Shown: one piece after another, positions 1 through 14,068 of the stretch
Layout: every line of letters starts with the position of its first letter
Position numbering within the stretch: the first letter of the stretch is position 1
Source of the DNA: Octopus vulgaris
Taxonomy: Eukaryota
Assembly (NCBI GenBank): GCA_951406725.2
Contig: OX597832.1
Location: 62,124,001-62,188,000 of the forward strand
Direction of reading: 5' to 3'
Length of the DNA stretch: 64,000 nt
Program-made: the position numbers and the translations under genes
The notes under the pieces: model-generated
Seen by the model: the letters and a program-made list of their open reading frames with translations, nothing else
Database searches by the model: none
What the model was told of the DNA's origin: nothing

Positions 1-199
1 TAGCAATGGATGTGTTGCGCTTCACTTAGACCCGCGATATGCTTTTAATAAGCATCCGTACTGTCGTCTCTTTCCATGTGATACGTTTATTGTATTATTT
101 ATAAAACTTTGTTTATCTTCCATAAACATAAACGCACACGGACCTCACGTCCCCAACCACACCCACTGCCTCCCTGCCCTCCCTACACACATAATCATT

Positions 200-1015
200 G
201 ACCCCACACACACACACACAGGTACACACGTCTGCTTACATGGACACAATCAGTGACACACACACTTATTTGTCCATACATAAACCTATGCTTCTCCTCT
301 GTCCACACACACTTGTCTGCTCACTATGACACACAACCAGTGACACACAAACATACACATACACAGACACACTTGTCTGTCCATACACAAACTCATGCTT
401 CTCCGTCCACACACACACACATACAAACACAAACACAAACATATGCCTGTCTGTCAAAACAAACAAACACACACAGACATACACACACATGCTTGACTCT
501 CCACACACATACCTACACACCTCAATGTCTGTTCATGAACACAGACACACTCACACACAGATACACATATGCTTTTCTGTCTACACAACACACACATAGA
601 CACAATAGACACACACACATACAGACACACACAACACACGCACATGCTTGTCTCTCCACGCACATACTCACCTATACCTCAGTGTCAGTTCAGTCGACAA
701 ACACACACACACACACACACATACACACACACATAGACGCAGATACTTCTCCTTCCACACATACTAACACACACGTGCACACACTTACTTGTCTGTCCAC
801 ACAAACACACACGCACACACATACACACACATGCTTGGCTCACCACACACATACTCACGCACGCACCCCAACGACTATTCACAAGCACAGGACACGCACA
901 TGCATGTCTTTCCACACAAGCACACACATACACTTCTCCTTCCACTCATACTAACACGCACACACACACACACACACACATACTCTCGTCTCTCCACACA
1001 TACAGTCACACACAT
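200..1015. repeat. Degenerate (CA)n-rich low-complexity array
   Basis: Interrupted acacac tracts with a recurring 'cacttgtctgtccacac' motif; the overlapping ORFs are HT/VC repeats. Confidence 0.9.
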
Positions 1016-1170
1016 AATGATGGCTACGTCTTTGTCAGATGATTCCTGCCTCGTTGTACAGTCAACATCCATTCTCTTTCATTTACTGATGAAGTCCGAG
1101 GTGACACGAAATACGAGGTCTGAGATGACACGAAATTCGAACTGACAATTAACATATTCTGCATATATGC

Positions 1171-1205
<35 letters not shown>

Positions 1206-1965
1206 CACACACTCATACCTAGATACAGTCATAAAACTAAAGATAAAACTCAACTTACTAATGTGACATATCAATATCATTGGATACGATCAGATACACT
1301 ACACACTAAATACTCTTGGATAAATATCGGATATATATCCAGTAAAAAGCAAGAAGACAACTAAAATATATTTCAGCCTTAATCTTGATATCAGTGGAGA
1401 ATCGCAGAGTTTTCGATGTAAACGATACGCCCAAATCAACATATTTTTCTGATAGGCCTTACAAAAAGTCAAAATGCCAACAGGATGCACCTAAGCCCCA
1501 TCGCCACACAGTTCATACACACACACACACGCACACACACACGCACACACACTGACACACACACACACGCACACATACTTATATATATATGTATATATAT
1601 ATACATAGTAGTACGTACGTACTTACATATCCGCCGTACATATATGAAATCGCATAGGGGAGATTGCTAGATACGTTCCCACCCATACAAGCGTATATAC
1701 ATACACGTATACATACATATATACATACACACATACAAACATACGTACATACATACATACATACATACATACATACACGCATGCATGTATACATATATGC
1801 ATACATACATACATACATACATACATACTTACATACACATACATGTCTGCCTTCTAAGTTGAAATCCTGCCGACCTCAAGTATTGGGTTTGATTCCTACT
1901 TTTACCAAACTTCCCTCTCTTTACTTCCTCTCCATGATTCTATACTCTCTGTCTCTGTCTCTGTC

Positions 1966-2018
<53 letters not shown>

Positions 2019-2339
2019 TCATTATGTTACTCTGAAGAAAGGATCTACGGGACTCATTAATAGAGTCCGTTTCCCAAGAAAACAGATTATCGTTTTAGCG
2101 AGGAGACAGCGAGAGATGCTATGCTACCGAAACCGTCCTGTACCGACCGATACAGTGATAGATAAAAAGATATTAACATTTGAATCACAAACATCAATTC
2201 ATATTTATCTTTTCCCAAGTTATTTTATGATGAATTATGAATAATTTATGGCTTGGTCAGGCCTGGACCGCCCTGGTTTCATCCGGTTTGGCATTTGCAT
2301 CATCCTAAAAGTCTGCATAAATAGGTGATGAGCCCAAAT

Positions 2340-3590
2340 GACATTTTCCATAAAATCTGGTCCCAATTCCCAGCAGTTTGTAACAATGGAGCAACTAAAA
2401 GTAAGTAGAATAAATTGAAGATATAATCCATAGTTTGGAGTAAAGTTGTAGAGGTCGGCCTCAATTAATGGAGACAAGAACTGGCAAAATGATGTCCGGT
2501 GAAAGTTAATTCACGTAACAGTAGACATGCGGATTACTCTTCACGGCAATCAATCATTCTAGGAAATCACTTTTTGAATGAAGTTTTCCCCGCCGAAACA
2601 TAGCGAAACATTTGCTATATGTGTGCCACAGTACCTCCCAAATCTAGACATCAATACCTAAGCATTGTCCAAGCCTACTTACGTTACCAATGAAGAAAAC
2701 CAAGTATCAATGTAAGCGATTCCCGCAGACTGTGAATCCACAAACACTTTCCATTTTACAATAATGGGGGACAAACCAGAATAACGAGACAAAGATAGAA
2801 GAAATTCTGAATCAAATGTGAAATCCCATCATCAACTGCCCAACTGGATATCACTATGGTTTCGACACCTAGTCAGTACTATTCAATCGGCCGGTGTCTA
2901 CAGCGCAAAATATAGACATCAATACCTAAGCATTGTCCAAGCCTACTTACGTTACCAATGAAGAAAACCAAGTATCAATGTAAGCGATTCCCGCAGACTG
3001 TGAATCCACAAACACTTTCCATTTTACAATAATGGGGGACAAACCAGAATAACGAGACAAAGATAGAAGAAATTCTGAATCATATGTGAAATCCCATCAT
3101 CAACTGCCCAACTGGATATCACTATGGTTTCGACACCTAGTCAGTACTATTCAATCGGCCGGTGTCTACAGCGCAAAATATATAAACTCTGCATGAAAAT
3201 CCAACGGCTTATTACTACAAGTAACAACATGAGAGTAAACAAATATGAACATCTTAACACAGTAGAGAAGATGTTGATCGAAGGGTTCGTAAGGAAGAAC
3301 CGTTTGATATGGATTTGAATAAACCCACTTACCCACCGTAACACGATAATCCACAAACTATAACGAGCCATGAACTTCCTACAGTGCTACACTTTTTTCT
3401 ACAACAATTGTTCCTGCCTATAATTTCTGGCTTATGTTTCTTGTATTTCTCTGATAACGGATTACGCAGTACATGGAACTTTGGATCAATACGATAATCA
3501 AGTCCCACGAATATCCCTGAAATAGCTCTAAGCGACAATATCTGTTAATTCTACTTACTTTGCATTAGCATAAACTCTCTTAAATTAAAC
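2340..3590 (+). mobile_element. Heavily decayed Penelope-like retroelement 3' part (RT end, linker, GIY-YIG remnants, pLTR)
   Basis: Plus-strand fragments across stops and frameshifts: FVTMEQ (RT 'FTME'-like), SRHQ..LSKPTY (RQP-linker-like), STIQSAGVYSAKYI (GIY-YIG-like). A degenerate HHR 'ctgataa cggat...atccct gaaa tagctc ta' at ~3452-3531 has a 3' half resembling 19063-19085. Confidence 0.4.
2645..3180. repeat. 268-bp tandem duplication (2645-2912 / 2913-3180)
   Basis: Both copies start 'tagacatcaatacctaagc' and end 'cagcgcaaaata'; one substitution seen (tcaaatgtg vs tcatatgtg). Confidence 0.95.
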
Positions 3591-4129
3591 TAAACTAAGC
3601 AAATTTAAATGCCATATCCCTGCATTTTGTAATCGTCTTAAGAGAGAGAGGGGGAAGGGAGAGAGAGGGGGAGAGAGAGAGAAGATGAAAAAAACACAGA
3701 AGGTTTGTTTTACAGGATTTAAAATTATATTAGAGCCATGATAATAAAGATATACTATTGTGTACAAATAAGGTTTTGTTCTTTCAACATGATTGAAGTA
3801 AGGACCCAAGCTGATAGTTGTAAGAGATTTATTGCTAGCTGTTGGGAAATATATTGCTTAGGGAGATAGTTGTTCACCGATGTATTTTGCAGTAAAGGGG
3901 AGGTAAATCTGTAATTATCATTTTTTTTGTTTTTGTTTTTTAGTGTTCTCTATTATATTCTAGGTTATATATCATACATAAGATGGGGTAAGTTCTTTAT
4001 TTTAATACGGGTTCGTATTTAATACCGGTTTATATTTTTGGATAAATGAGTCTTCATATATATATACATATATATATATAAATGAAAGAATGGAGTTGAA
4101 CGACGATTTAACAAAATTCCTTTATTCTC

Positions 4130-4334
4130 GACACCATCATCAGTTGTACCAACACCACCACTACCATTATCAGTTCCACCATCATCCTCTCCATTCCGAC
4201 CACCAGCACCATCATCAGTTGTACCACCACCACCAACACTACCACCATCAGTTCCGCCATCATCATCATACGTGAATTTGCTACCCAGGTATCGGTTAAC
4301 CGAATTATCCATACTAAGATAATTCATTCAACTA

Positions 4335-4424
<90 letters not shown>

Positions 4425-5202
4425 GAGCCGAATGGCAGAGAAGATTACTGTACAACCCAAGAGATCCCGGGGCGATAGTGCCATCTTCCAAACCCTCAAC
4501 ATAGACAGTGGCTTCTTATAGTGTTATAAAATGATGATGGACGTGATGATGGTGATGACGACGATGTTTTTGCTGTTGCTGCTGCTGCTGCTGATGGTGA
4601 TGATGACAGCTGTGGTGATCGTTGTAGTGGTGACGGTGTTGTTGGTAGTGTTCGTGGCGATAGTAAAGGTAATTGTGATAGTTGTTATTATGGTGGTGGT
4701 GGTGATATTGGTGGTGGTGAGGAATGATGTTGTGCTAGTAACGGTGATGACGATGGTGGGGTATAAGATGCAGAGTAACGTCGGGTGGGTCGGGTAGAAT
4801 ATGGTTGAGTCTTGTAGAGTTGTTTACAGCCGGAAAAAAGGCGGAAGTGCTAGAGATGGTAAACGCGAATAAAAGTCTAAGGTTTCATGTAATCTTGGAA
4901 TCCTTACCATCGTCAATAACATCAACACCCACGTCATCATCGTTAACATTATCATCATTGTCATCATCATCATCACTATTCATAATCACCATCGTCGACG
5001 TCGTCATCATCATCATCATCATCACCATCATCATCGTCGTCGTCGTCGTCGTCGTCGTCATCATCATCGTCATCATCATCATCACCATCATCATCATCAT
5101 CGTCGTTGTCATCATCATCGTCATCATTATCCTCATCATCATGACAATTCCCGTCATCATCATATTCATCATCGTCGTCGTCATCATCAACATCAATAGC
5201 AC

Positions 5203-5242
<40 letters not shown>

Positions 5243-6230
5243 GTCAGCAGCAGCAGCAGCATCGTCATCATCACTATCGTCATCACATCAGAAAACCATC
5301 ATTGCAGCTACCACCATCAGCCCTACCACAAACAACAAAACAACGGCCAACGTTTCCAGACCCCAGCATCAGCCCCAGGTTGCCACCACCTTCATACCAC
5401 CATCATATCCATACCAAAAGCACACCGCCTCCAGCATCACTATCATATCACCATCGCCAATACATATAACACATCCACAGTGACCACCACCACCAGCATC
5501 GTCTTACCACAGTCGCCACTACCTATCCAGCCACTACTTCATCATCACTGCCATACCATACCACAGTTACAGACATACTATGTCAATGTGAGCTCCTACC
5601 ATAACCACCACCAACAACAACAATACCGGACCACCACTGTACTACCATCGGAACTATAATAATAACACCGCTGTCAATGACATACATAACCCACCAACAC
5701 CGCTATGATACCAGCTCCACCAACGCTCAAATCACTACCACCACCATCATCAGTTGTACCACCACCACCAACACTACCACCATCAGTTCCACCATCATCA
5801 CCTCCATCATGACCACGACCATCACCATAATCAATTCCACTACTACTCACCACAACCACTATCAGCTCAACCACATCATCACCACCACCATCTCTACCAT
5901 CAATACCACTAAAATCATCACCACCATCATTACTCTATCAGCATTTCCAACATCACCATTACCACCGCCACCACCACCATCATCAGTTCCACCACTACTA
6001 CAACCACCATTATCAGTTCAACCATCATTATCAGTTCAACCACCACCATCGCCACCACCACCACCACCACCACCACCACCACCACTACCACGACCGTTAT
6101 GACTTGTATCAATCCCGAACGCCAGTACCTCAACCACAACCACCACCATCACCACTACCGCAGTAATCACTACCACAACCATCATCCCCACCACCACCAC
6201 CACCACTAACAACAACAACAACAACACGTG
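4130..6230. repeat. Mixed trinucleotide low-complexity region (CAT/CAC/GAT/GGT) with (TA)n(TG)n at 4338-4422
   Basis: Direct inspection; 'caccatcatcagttgtaccaccaccaccaacactaccaccatcagttcc' recurs at ~4207 and ~5742. Confidence 0.9.
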
Positions 6231-6668
6231 TAGAGTATTATCACAATTAATAACGTTGAACTCCATACTTAATTAGTAGCTAATAATCTGCTATCTGTGG
6301 GTAGTATTTGTCAGCAGTAAACAGGTGTATAGAACACAGTACTACGTCACTAGTTCTCTCATTAACTGTCTTCTTTCTTTTGATTAAGTGTTTCGTAAAG
6401 CAAATTGCTTGCCACACAAATTGAAGCTAATTAAATTGTAGTTGTAAATTGCTAGCAACGCAATTTGTTCTACAGCTGCTTTAACGTGACTCTTGTTGCT
6501 GGCACAATTCTTCCGGGGAATAGGAACTTGCTACGAGATGAAACAATGATGGAAGCGTTTATGCCGTTGTTAGCTTTTGCATGACCTGCTCGTAACTGTA
6601 GCTAAAATCTTCCACTAATCAAACACCAGTATCTTTAGTAAAAAAGCGGACATAAGTTAAATGTGAGA

Positions 6669-6824
6669 TATAATGAAATTTATTTACATTATTTACAGTA
6701 CTTACATTTGACGGATATTTGTCTTCATCTTGTTAACACATTTCGGCTGCTACACCCTCCAGGCTTCGTCAGGTTTTCTGGGGAAATATCGAACCTGGGT
6801 TCTCATTCCTAAGGTATATTTCGA

Positions 6825-6857
<33 letters not shown>

Positions 6858-6950
6858 CATTATTATTATTATTATTCAGATCCCAACCTGGAATCGAACT
6901 CGTAATCTTGGGGTTAGTAGCCCGCGCTCTTAACCACTACGCCATATGCC
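6669..6950 (-). mobile_element. tRNA-derived SINE-like element with internal (AAT)n and a 3' hammerhead ribozyme motif
   Basis: Minus strand: A box TGGCGTAGTGG, B box GAGTTCGATTCC, (aat)n, then ctgacga-a-gcctg..cagcc-gaaa; second copy at 44550-44919. Confidence 0.8.
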
Positions 6951-7976
6951 ATAGATGGTATATGCATTCAAACGAAAGCCAACGGCAAAAATCTAGTTCA
7001 ACTTGCAAAATTAACATGACTCAGGTTGGATATATGTAGTGAATTGTACACCACAATTCGACCTCAATGTAAAATACAAGTATAATAATGTAATAGGCAT
7101 ATAAGAAGGAAGTTTTAAACAAAAGATAGTAATATGAATATATATTAGAATGAAGCCGTCTCAAGCGAACATTGTAAAAAGCACATATTTTTAAATATGA
7201 CACATGGGTTGCTTCGTAACTTGAAACATTCGAAGCGTGGTTGGAAGTAATGGGAGTAGGACACGATATGATGCGGTGAAAACAATAAATTATATTTAGC
7301 AATTAGTCTTTTCTGTAATTAAAAATTGCGCAAGAAGTGTATCATAGAAGTGTTTGCAGAGAGATAAAGAGTAAGAGTAGGAGAGAGAGGGGGGAATGCT
7401 AGAGGATGAGAAAAGGAAATTTGAGAAACGGATAAAAGAAGACCCAAAGAGGAAGTGATGAGTGGAAGAGACAATAAAAAGAGAAAGAAGGCAAAGCATT
7501 GCAGAAAAGAGAGAAGCAAACCGTTGTTGACGTCGTTATTGTTATGTCACTTTTTGTTTTTGGTGTTGATTTTGTTGGTGTTGTTGTTTAGCCCATGGTC
7601 AGCCCTAAAAAAGCATATCTATGATGCAAGTAGTTTCAGCCTTGGCCATCCTGCCTGTTTTATGCAGCATAACGTCTCTAGATCCGTTCTCCCTACTCTC
7701 CCCTGTCGTATTTTTAAGTTGTTGGTCATTGATTTTCGTGAGATTTCCAAGAGACCGAAGAATCAAAGATAAAAAATACTTAAGGACAAAGCATCATGGT
7801 TGTTGCTAGACCTAATAGAAAGAGCAGCCAAAATTTCCCCAGTTCACACCTTATGATCTTGAAAGAAATAATGGCGTTGAAAACAAGAAATAATGTAATC
7901 CAGTAAAGACGGTTCACAGTTTGAATGTTTTGATCAGAGGTCATTTGCTTCAAGCAACATAACCTCCTTGGATGAA

Positions 7977-8043
<67 letters not shown>

Positions 8044-8399
8044 GAGGGGTACAGATAAAAAAAGATAAACAGATTCATCCAAGGAGACAGAGCAATTGAG
8101 GAAGGAGAAGACGATAGGACAAAATGCACAAGAACAAAATCCAGGTAAAATATACATATGGAATGTAAACATTGATAAATGGAAAATTTTCGGAGGGTTG
8201 AGAAAGAGAGAGACAAAGAGAAAGAGATTTAAAGAAACGAAAATGTACTCGGGTGTTAAGACAAAAAAGAAAATGTGTAAAACATTGGTAAGTGGAATTT
8301 CTTAAAGAAAAAGGGGATGCAAGGCCCGGTTGATGGAGAAGACGGCAGAAAAAGTATGTTTTATCTACCTTTTCCTGCAGGTATACTCATGCTAGGATA

Positions 8400-8412
8400 C
8401 ATACATATGTGT

Positions 8413-8509
<97 letters not shown>

Positions 8510-8783
8510 CGTATATATGTACGTATATATGTACGTATACATGCACGTATATGTATAGGTATGTATGTATATATAAATATATATATATATATTTGTGTAT
8601 ATATATGTATATATGTATACACGCATATTTATATATATATATATATATATGCATATATATACATTATATATATATGTATACATACCTACATATATCCACA
8701 CAAACACAAACAAAACCCACACACAACCACACGCACTCACACACACAGGTATGTAAGTGTATATATATATATACATAAGTATG

Positions 8784-8876
<93 letters not shown>

Positions 8877-9640
8877 CCAAGAAGCACTAAGCAGAATTAG
8901 GGGTTTGCTTGTTCTTTAGTAAACACACTCTAATCCTGACTTTCACAAAATATTTACTGGGGATAAACAACATGTTTTCCTCTCTGTAAACAAGGGAAGA
9001 GAAATATCGTTCAGTAACAACAGACAATACTCTCTCACAAGATGCTACAGCAAATCCATTTACTAAAAACATATGCTTGTGTCTAAAAACTTCATTTCAA
9101 GATATACATCGGTGCGTGTGTGTTTGCCTCTCTATGTATATTCTTATGTGTGTGTGTGCGTGTGTGTGTATGTGTGTGTATTAATGTATGTATGTATATG
9201 CATATACATTTATATGTAAATATACATGTATACATATAACTAAACATAAATATACACACACGCACACACATACACACATATATATCTAAATATATAAAGA
9301 CACATATATATGTACATATATATACATACATATATATGAATATAGGTAAATGTAGAGATATACGTATATATACACCCACACCCACACACACTTACTCTTA
9401 TATAAATATATATATACACATATATAACTATACATAAATATACATTGAAACACACACACACACACACGCACACACAAAAAACACGCACACGCACGTACAA
9501 ACAAACACATACACACACACACATATAATGAAATATATATATACACAAACTCGCAAACGCGCAAACAACAAAATAATATAAATATATACCAAAATATCAT
9601 TATACAATTTTATGACATACACTTATATTTGTATACACAG
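8400..9640. repeat. (TA)n/(TG)n/(CA)n compound microsatellite region
   Basis: Direct inspection; a short unique spacer lies at ~8880-9105. Confidence 0.9.
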
Positions 9641-10354
9641 GGAAATACGAGCGTATACTCGTATATCTAAAAACACAAGCATATAGACACATCCCCTCGC
9701 TCTCTATCCATTTAGCTATGTCTATATCATGAGTCTATATGTTTATCAATATCTATCTGCCCATGCATAAATATTCGTGCTTCTTTGAATATTCCTGCTT
9801 CTTTGAATACTATTACTACACCTCCGGTGTCTACAATAACGTCCACCCACTCACCGTAATCAGTGCTTCTTTATACTCACTTCTGTCTTTCATTTCCTTT
9901 TGTCCTTCTTTGTCTTCGTATTCTCAACTACCCAGATTCGGCAATATTACCGTGTGAGTTTGAGGCTCAGAGAGTACATTCACACGGAAACTTGCTTCAA
10001 CGAGCAGAGTTTTACGAGTGATTACGAATCTCACTTGCTCTGCTGTAACTTCCATACAAAGTATGATAGAGAACGCCGAGATGGTAATCGAAACGGACGT
10101 AACGCGTTGTAGCAGATGTTTTAATATATTCCATTTTAAACTGTAAGCTGCTATATATGTATAGAATGTGCATGTGTGTTTATTTCTGTGCATTATTGGT
10201 ATACGTGTGGATGTGAGCATGGTTATACGTGAACGAGAGAACATATCATATATGTATATGTATACATGTGCATGTATATATATATGTGTATATATGTGTG
10301 CATATATATATATATGCACGCATATATACACATATGTGTGCATATATATAAATA

Positions 10355-10389
<35 letters not shown>

Positions 10390-10394
10390 AATAA

Positions 10395-11156
10395 TAATAT
10401 TAGGGAGTATATCCAAACTTTCAGGGAAAAATTAGTTTTAGGATAAAAATTTCACAGTATATATATATAAATTAAAGTAGATAAAACCACTATTAGGTAA
10501 TTCAAACAGTGATAGACATAAACCAAAACATAAAAAACAAAAAATGAATATAATTAATATAATATATAATATATATATAAAATATAAAATTTAAAATTTA
10601 AATTATAAAAAATTTTTAATTTTTAAATTTATATTTTTAAATTTTAAATTTTTATTTTGTTTTATATATAACTAACCAAAAGGTATAAAAAAAGTTAAAT
10701 GTAATATAATAAGTAAAAACACTACGTACGTTTCATGGCTATAATTCAATTCGAATTACAATTAAGTTTAAATTCAAATGAAAATTCTAAATTAAAATTT
10801 CAGTCAATCTTCAGGTTAATGATAACAGTTAAATAAATAAGCAAATACAGTTAAACAATATTTTAAAGAAATAAATAAAATAATAATTTTTTTCTTATAA
10901 AGAAACTCTATTATCTAAATTAGAAACTTAAACATTAGGATTATGTCATACAACCCATTTATTTTGTTAAATATTAATTTTTAAAGTAAAAACATAGATA
11001 GAAAAATGTATTTATCTATTAAGATATAATATGGCTTTCAAAACATAATAAACTCCCGATATTGTATATTATATTACTTATATTTGTTTTTTGTTTTTTA
11101 TGTTTTGGTTTATATCTATCACTGTTTGAATTGCCTAATAGTGGTTTTATCTCTAA

Positions 11157-11160
<4 letters not shown>
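10395..11160 (-). mobile_element. Non-coding Penelope pLTR-type element with HHR motif and inverted 5' arm
   Basis: 10468-10570 is the reverse complement of 11061-11160. The minus strand at ~10720-10818 reads ctgaaga-ttgact...(AT-rich loop)...agccat-gaaa-cgtacg-ta. Related element at 36527-37013. Confidence 0.7.
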
Positions 11161-11220
<60 letters not shown>

Positions 11221-11225
11221 ATATA

Positions 11226-11769
11226 GGCATGGGTGCTCTCGATTATTGGGATCGCCTTAAAGCCTTGAAACTTTACTCCCTCCAGCGTCGCCGTGAGCGG
11301 TACATCATTTGTACGATGTGGAGGATATACTGCCAACTTTGCCCAAACGACCTTAACATTAGCTTCAAGTTTCATTCAAGACTGGGACCATGGGCCATAC
11401 GTCCACTGCCCAATTCACGATTCCAACATACATGTACACTGCAACATAATTTCTTTTCCTCAACAGGCCCTGCCCTATTTAACATTGTCCCGAGGGAGAT
11501 CAAAGAGGAAAAGGATCCCATCAACTTTAAACGGAGTTTGTATAGATTCCTTCTAAGAATACCAGATACGCTACCCATAATTGGATGCAACTCACCCAAC
11601 AAGAACTCACTACTTGAATAAAACTTGATACAACTCACCCAACAGGAACTCACTATTTGAACAAAACTTGACTTAAAGAGGATTCGAATAATCCTATCAG
11701 GTGGTGCTATTAAGTTAGACACGGCCTGGACCAATCTTTGGTCGAAACATATCTAAGTTTATCTAAGTT

Positions 11770-11770
<1 letters not shown>
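11226..11770 (+). mobile_element. CR1/Jockey-group LINE 3' end (ORF2 C-terminus + 3'UTR)
   Basis: ORF 11211-11621 'DYWDRLKALKLYSLQRRRERY...FKRSLYRFL..IPD' is the typical post-RT C-terminus. Ends in a tandem (atctaagttt)2 tail; a ~43-bp internal tandem duplication lies near 11588-11672. Confidence 0.85.
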
Positions 11771-11799
<29 letters not shown>

Positions 11800-11807
<8 letters not shown>

Positions 11808-12545
11808 ACCTACATTCCAGACATTTTCAGATGTTTTCAGTGGAAGAAGCTTTAAGGCTCTTAGATTGATTGTATGTTTAGTATATCACTACTCCCCATC
11901 TAATACACTGACCGCCAACTTTCGTTATTATAGATTGGAGGAGACGATTGTCAGAGCACTTTGAAAATACCCTGCTAAAGAATGTTTGTCACAGCGGAAT
12001 AGTTTGCCGAAAGCATCGGGAGGGGAAAAAATTTGAGGCTCCTGTGCAATAATGTTACGTGTTAAAACTGGGTAGAAAAACTATGACATGTTCCAGACCG
12101 CTTATTGATTAAATCTTATGACGCAGACATCTGTATTTCGATAGCACAAGTGGCCACCAAGCAAAGGAACATCACCGGGAACTTCATGATGATTCTCTTT
12201 TTCGACAGCATAATCTACAGCTAGTCGCTCGACAGAGGCTTTGAGGGAGTGGAGGAAGCCTTTTCGTTGCAGAGGGCTAGGAATCTGGAACAACGCAAAA
12301 CTAATAGTTTATACTGCTAACAACTACTTGCCAAATATGGGAATCAAAACCGTCCCTCACTTTGCCTGTGACTTTTGGTAATTCTCCAAAATAAAAGATA
12401 TTTAGGCACTTTCACAGTGGAGGTCTTCCATGAAGTTTTCTCGAAGTGGTTGGAGCGCAACAGCAAGTACATTGAACCAGAGGGCATAACTTTCAAGGAG
12501 TTTAGTACTTCTTTGGACGCACTCTCAAAACTTGTGGAATGAACA
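11800..12545 (+). mobile_element. Decayed mariner transposase remnant
   Basis: Plus-strand NAK...YLPNMGIKTVPH/ACDFW and FSKWLERNSKYIEPEG resemble the mariner catalytic and C-terminal motifs (APCDFW, W..R..KCIE..G.Y). Confidence 0.65.
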
Positions 12546-12573
12546 TATGTGTGTGAGTATATATAAATATATA

Positions 12574-12967
12574 GGCACAGGAGTGGCTGTGTGGTAAGTA
12601 GCTTGCTAACTAACAACATGGATCTGAATTCAGTCCTACTGCGTGGTACCTTGGGCGAGTGTCTTCTATTATAGCCTCGGGCTGACCAAAGCCGTGTGAG
12701 TGGATTTGGCAGATGGAAACTGAAAGAAGACCATCGAATATGTGTGTGTGTGTGTGTGTTTGTGTGTCCGTGTTTGTCCCTTCCACCATCGCTTCACAAC
12801 CGATGCTGGTGTATTTACGTATCCGTAACCAAGCGGTTCTGCAAAAGAGACTGATAACTATGTACTAGCTTTACACTGAATAAGTCCTGGGGTCGATTTG
12901 CTCGACTAAAGACGGTGCTCCAGCATGGCCACAGTCAAATGACTGAAACATGTAATAGAATAAAATA
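12574..12967 (+). mobile_element. tRNA-derived SINE family B (CORE-like domain, internal (TG)n)
   Basis: Head GGAGTGGCTGTGTGGTAAG...TTCAGTCC, 'accttgggcgagtgtcttc' CORE-like segment, 3' end 'aaatgactgaaaca'; further copies at 41729, 48425, 53704. Confidence 0.85.
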
Positions 12968-12991
12968 ATGCACACACACACACATATGAGA

Positions 12992-13245
12992 GGGCACATG
13001 GCCTAGTGTTTAGGGTGTTTCAGTCATGGAGGCTAGATCGTGATTTCAATTCCTAGACCGGATGGTGCGTTAATTTGATGAGCAAATAACTTCACCTTAG
13101 GTTCCTCTGAATTTACTTCGACACCTGACACGTGGCACACCGTGCACCTTTTCAGACAACGACGATTCGAAGGTGGAAGTGGACTAATGTGCGGCACGTA
13201 CACTTGATCACTCTAACCAAAGCTTCTCTGCAGGTATTTTAGGCA
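12992..13245 (+). mobile_element. tRNA-derived SINE family C (degenerate)
   Basis: A box TGGCCTAGTG, B-box-like TTTCAATTCC; related fragments at ~20920-21140 (-), ~23070-23155, ~25150-25440 and ~47985-48140 (-). Confidence 0.6.
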
Positions 13246-13643
13246 AATGAATATATTAAATAAAAGTATTCTTGATTAAGAATAATAAATCTGTACTCTA
13301 GCGTAACCCGTTAGATTAAAGCATCACTGAAAATAGTAACAAACATTGGCACACACGCGTACACACACACACACATATGATATACATACATACATACGTA
13401 TATATGTGTGTGTGTGCGTATTTATTTGTGTAGCGTGTGTGTGTAAAGTGGTACAAAATAGACACGACATATGTGTTCGGTCAAATGCACAAACGAAAAC
13501 TATTTCAGTTTCCTGGTTTACATTGAAATTTGTGGTCGTCTTCATTGGAAATGATTTTCCTTTTAATGTATTCTTGTTTATTGCTTATTGTCTTTGAATT
13601 ATTTTCTGTAATCTATATCTACATCTATCTACCTATCTATAAA

Positions 13644-13716
<73 letters not shown>

Positions 13717-14035
13717 ATATATATATATAGAAAGATAGATAGATAGTAAATAGATAGATAGATATACATACATATATATATACATATATATATACATATA
13801 TATATATGTGTGTATATATGTATATATATATAGGTGTATTGTTCTTCCGATAGATATTTAGATAAATTTCCATATGATATATATGTATGTACACATAGAC
13901 ACACTCACACACACACATATATATATACACATATGTATAGATGCGTATGTGTATATGACGGTATGTGTGCATTTGCACCTGTATTTACTTTATGTATTAT
14001 TCTTGTTCATATGGTAGTGTTTTCCTCATCTTCCT

Positions 14036-14068
<33 letters not shown>

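Noticed and set aside
6877-6950. Possible tRNA gene on the minus strand
   Set aside because: A and B boxes are present but there is no proper acceptor stem, and it is fused to the same downstream module in two places; interpreted as a SINE head
10040-10112. gaaa-cggacg-ta HHR 3' half preceded by hairpins
   Set aside because: No convincing CUGANGA core or stem II, so too degenerate to call
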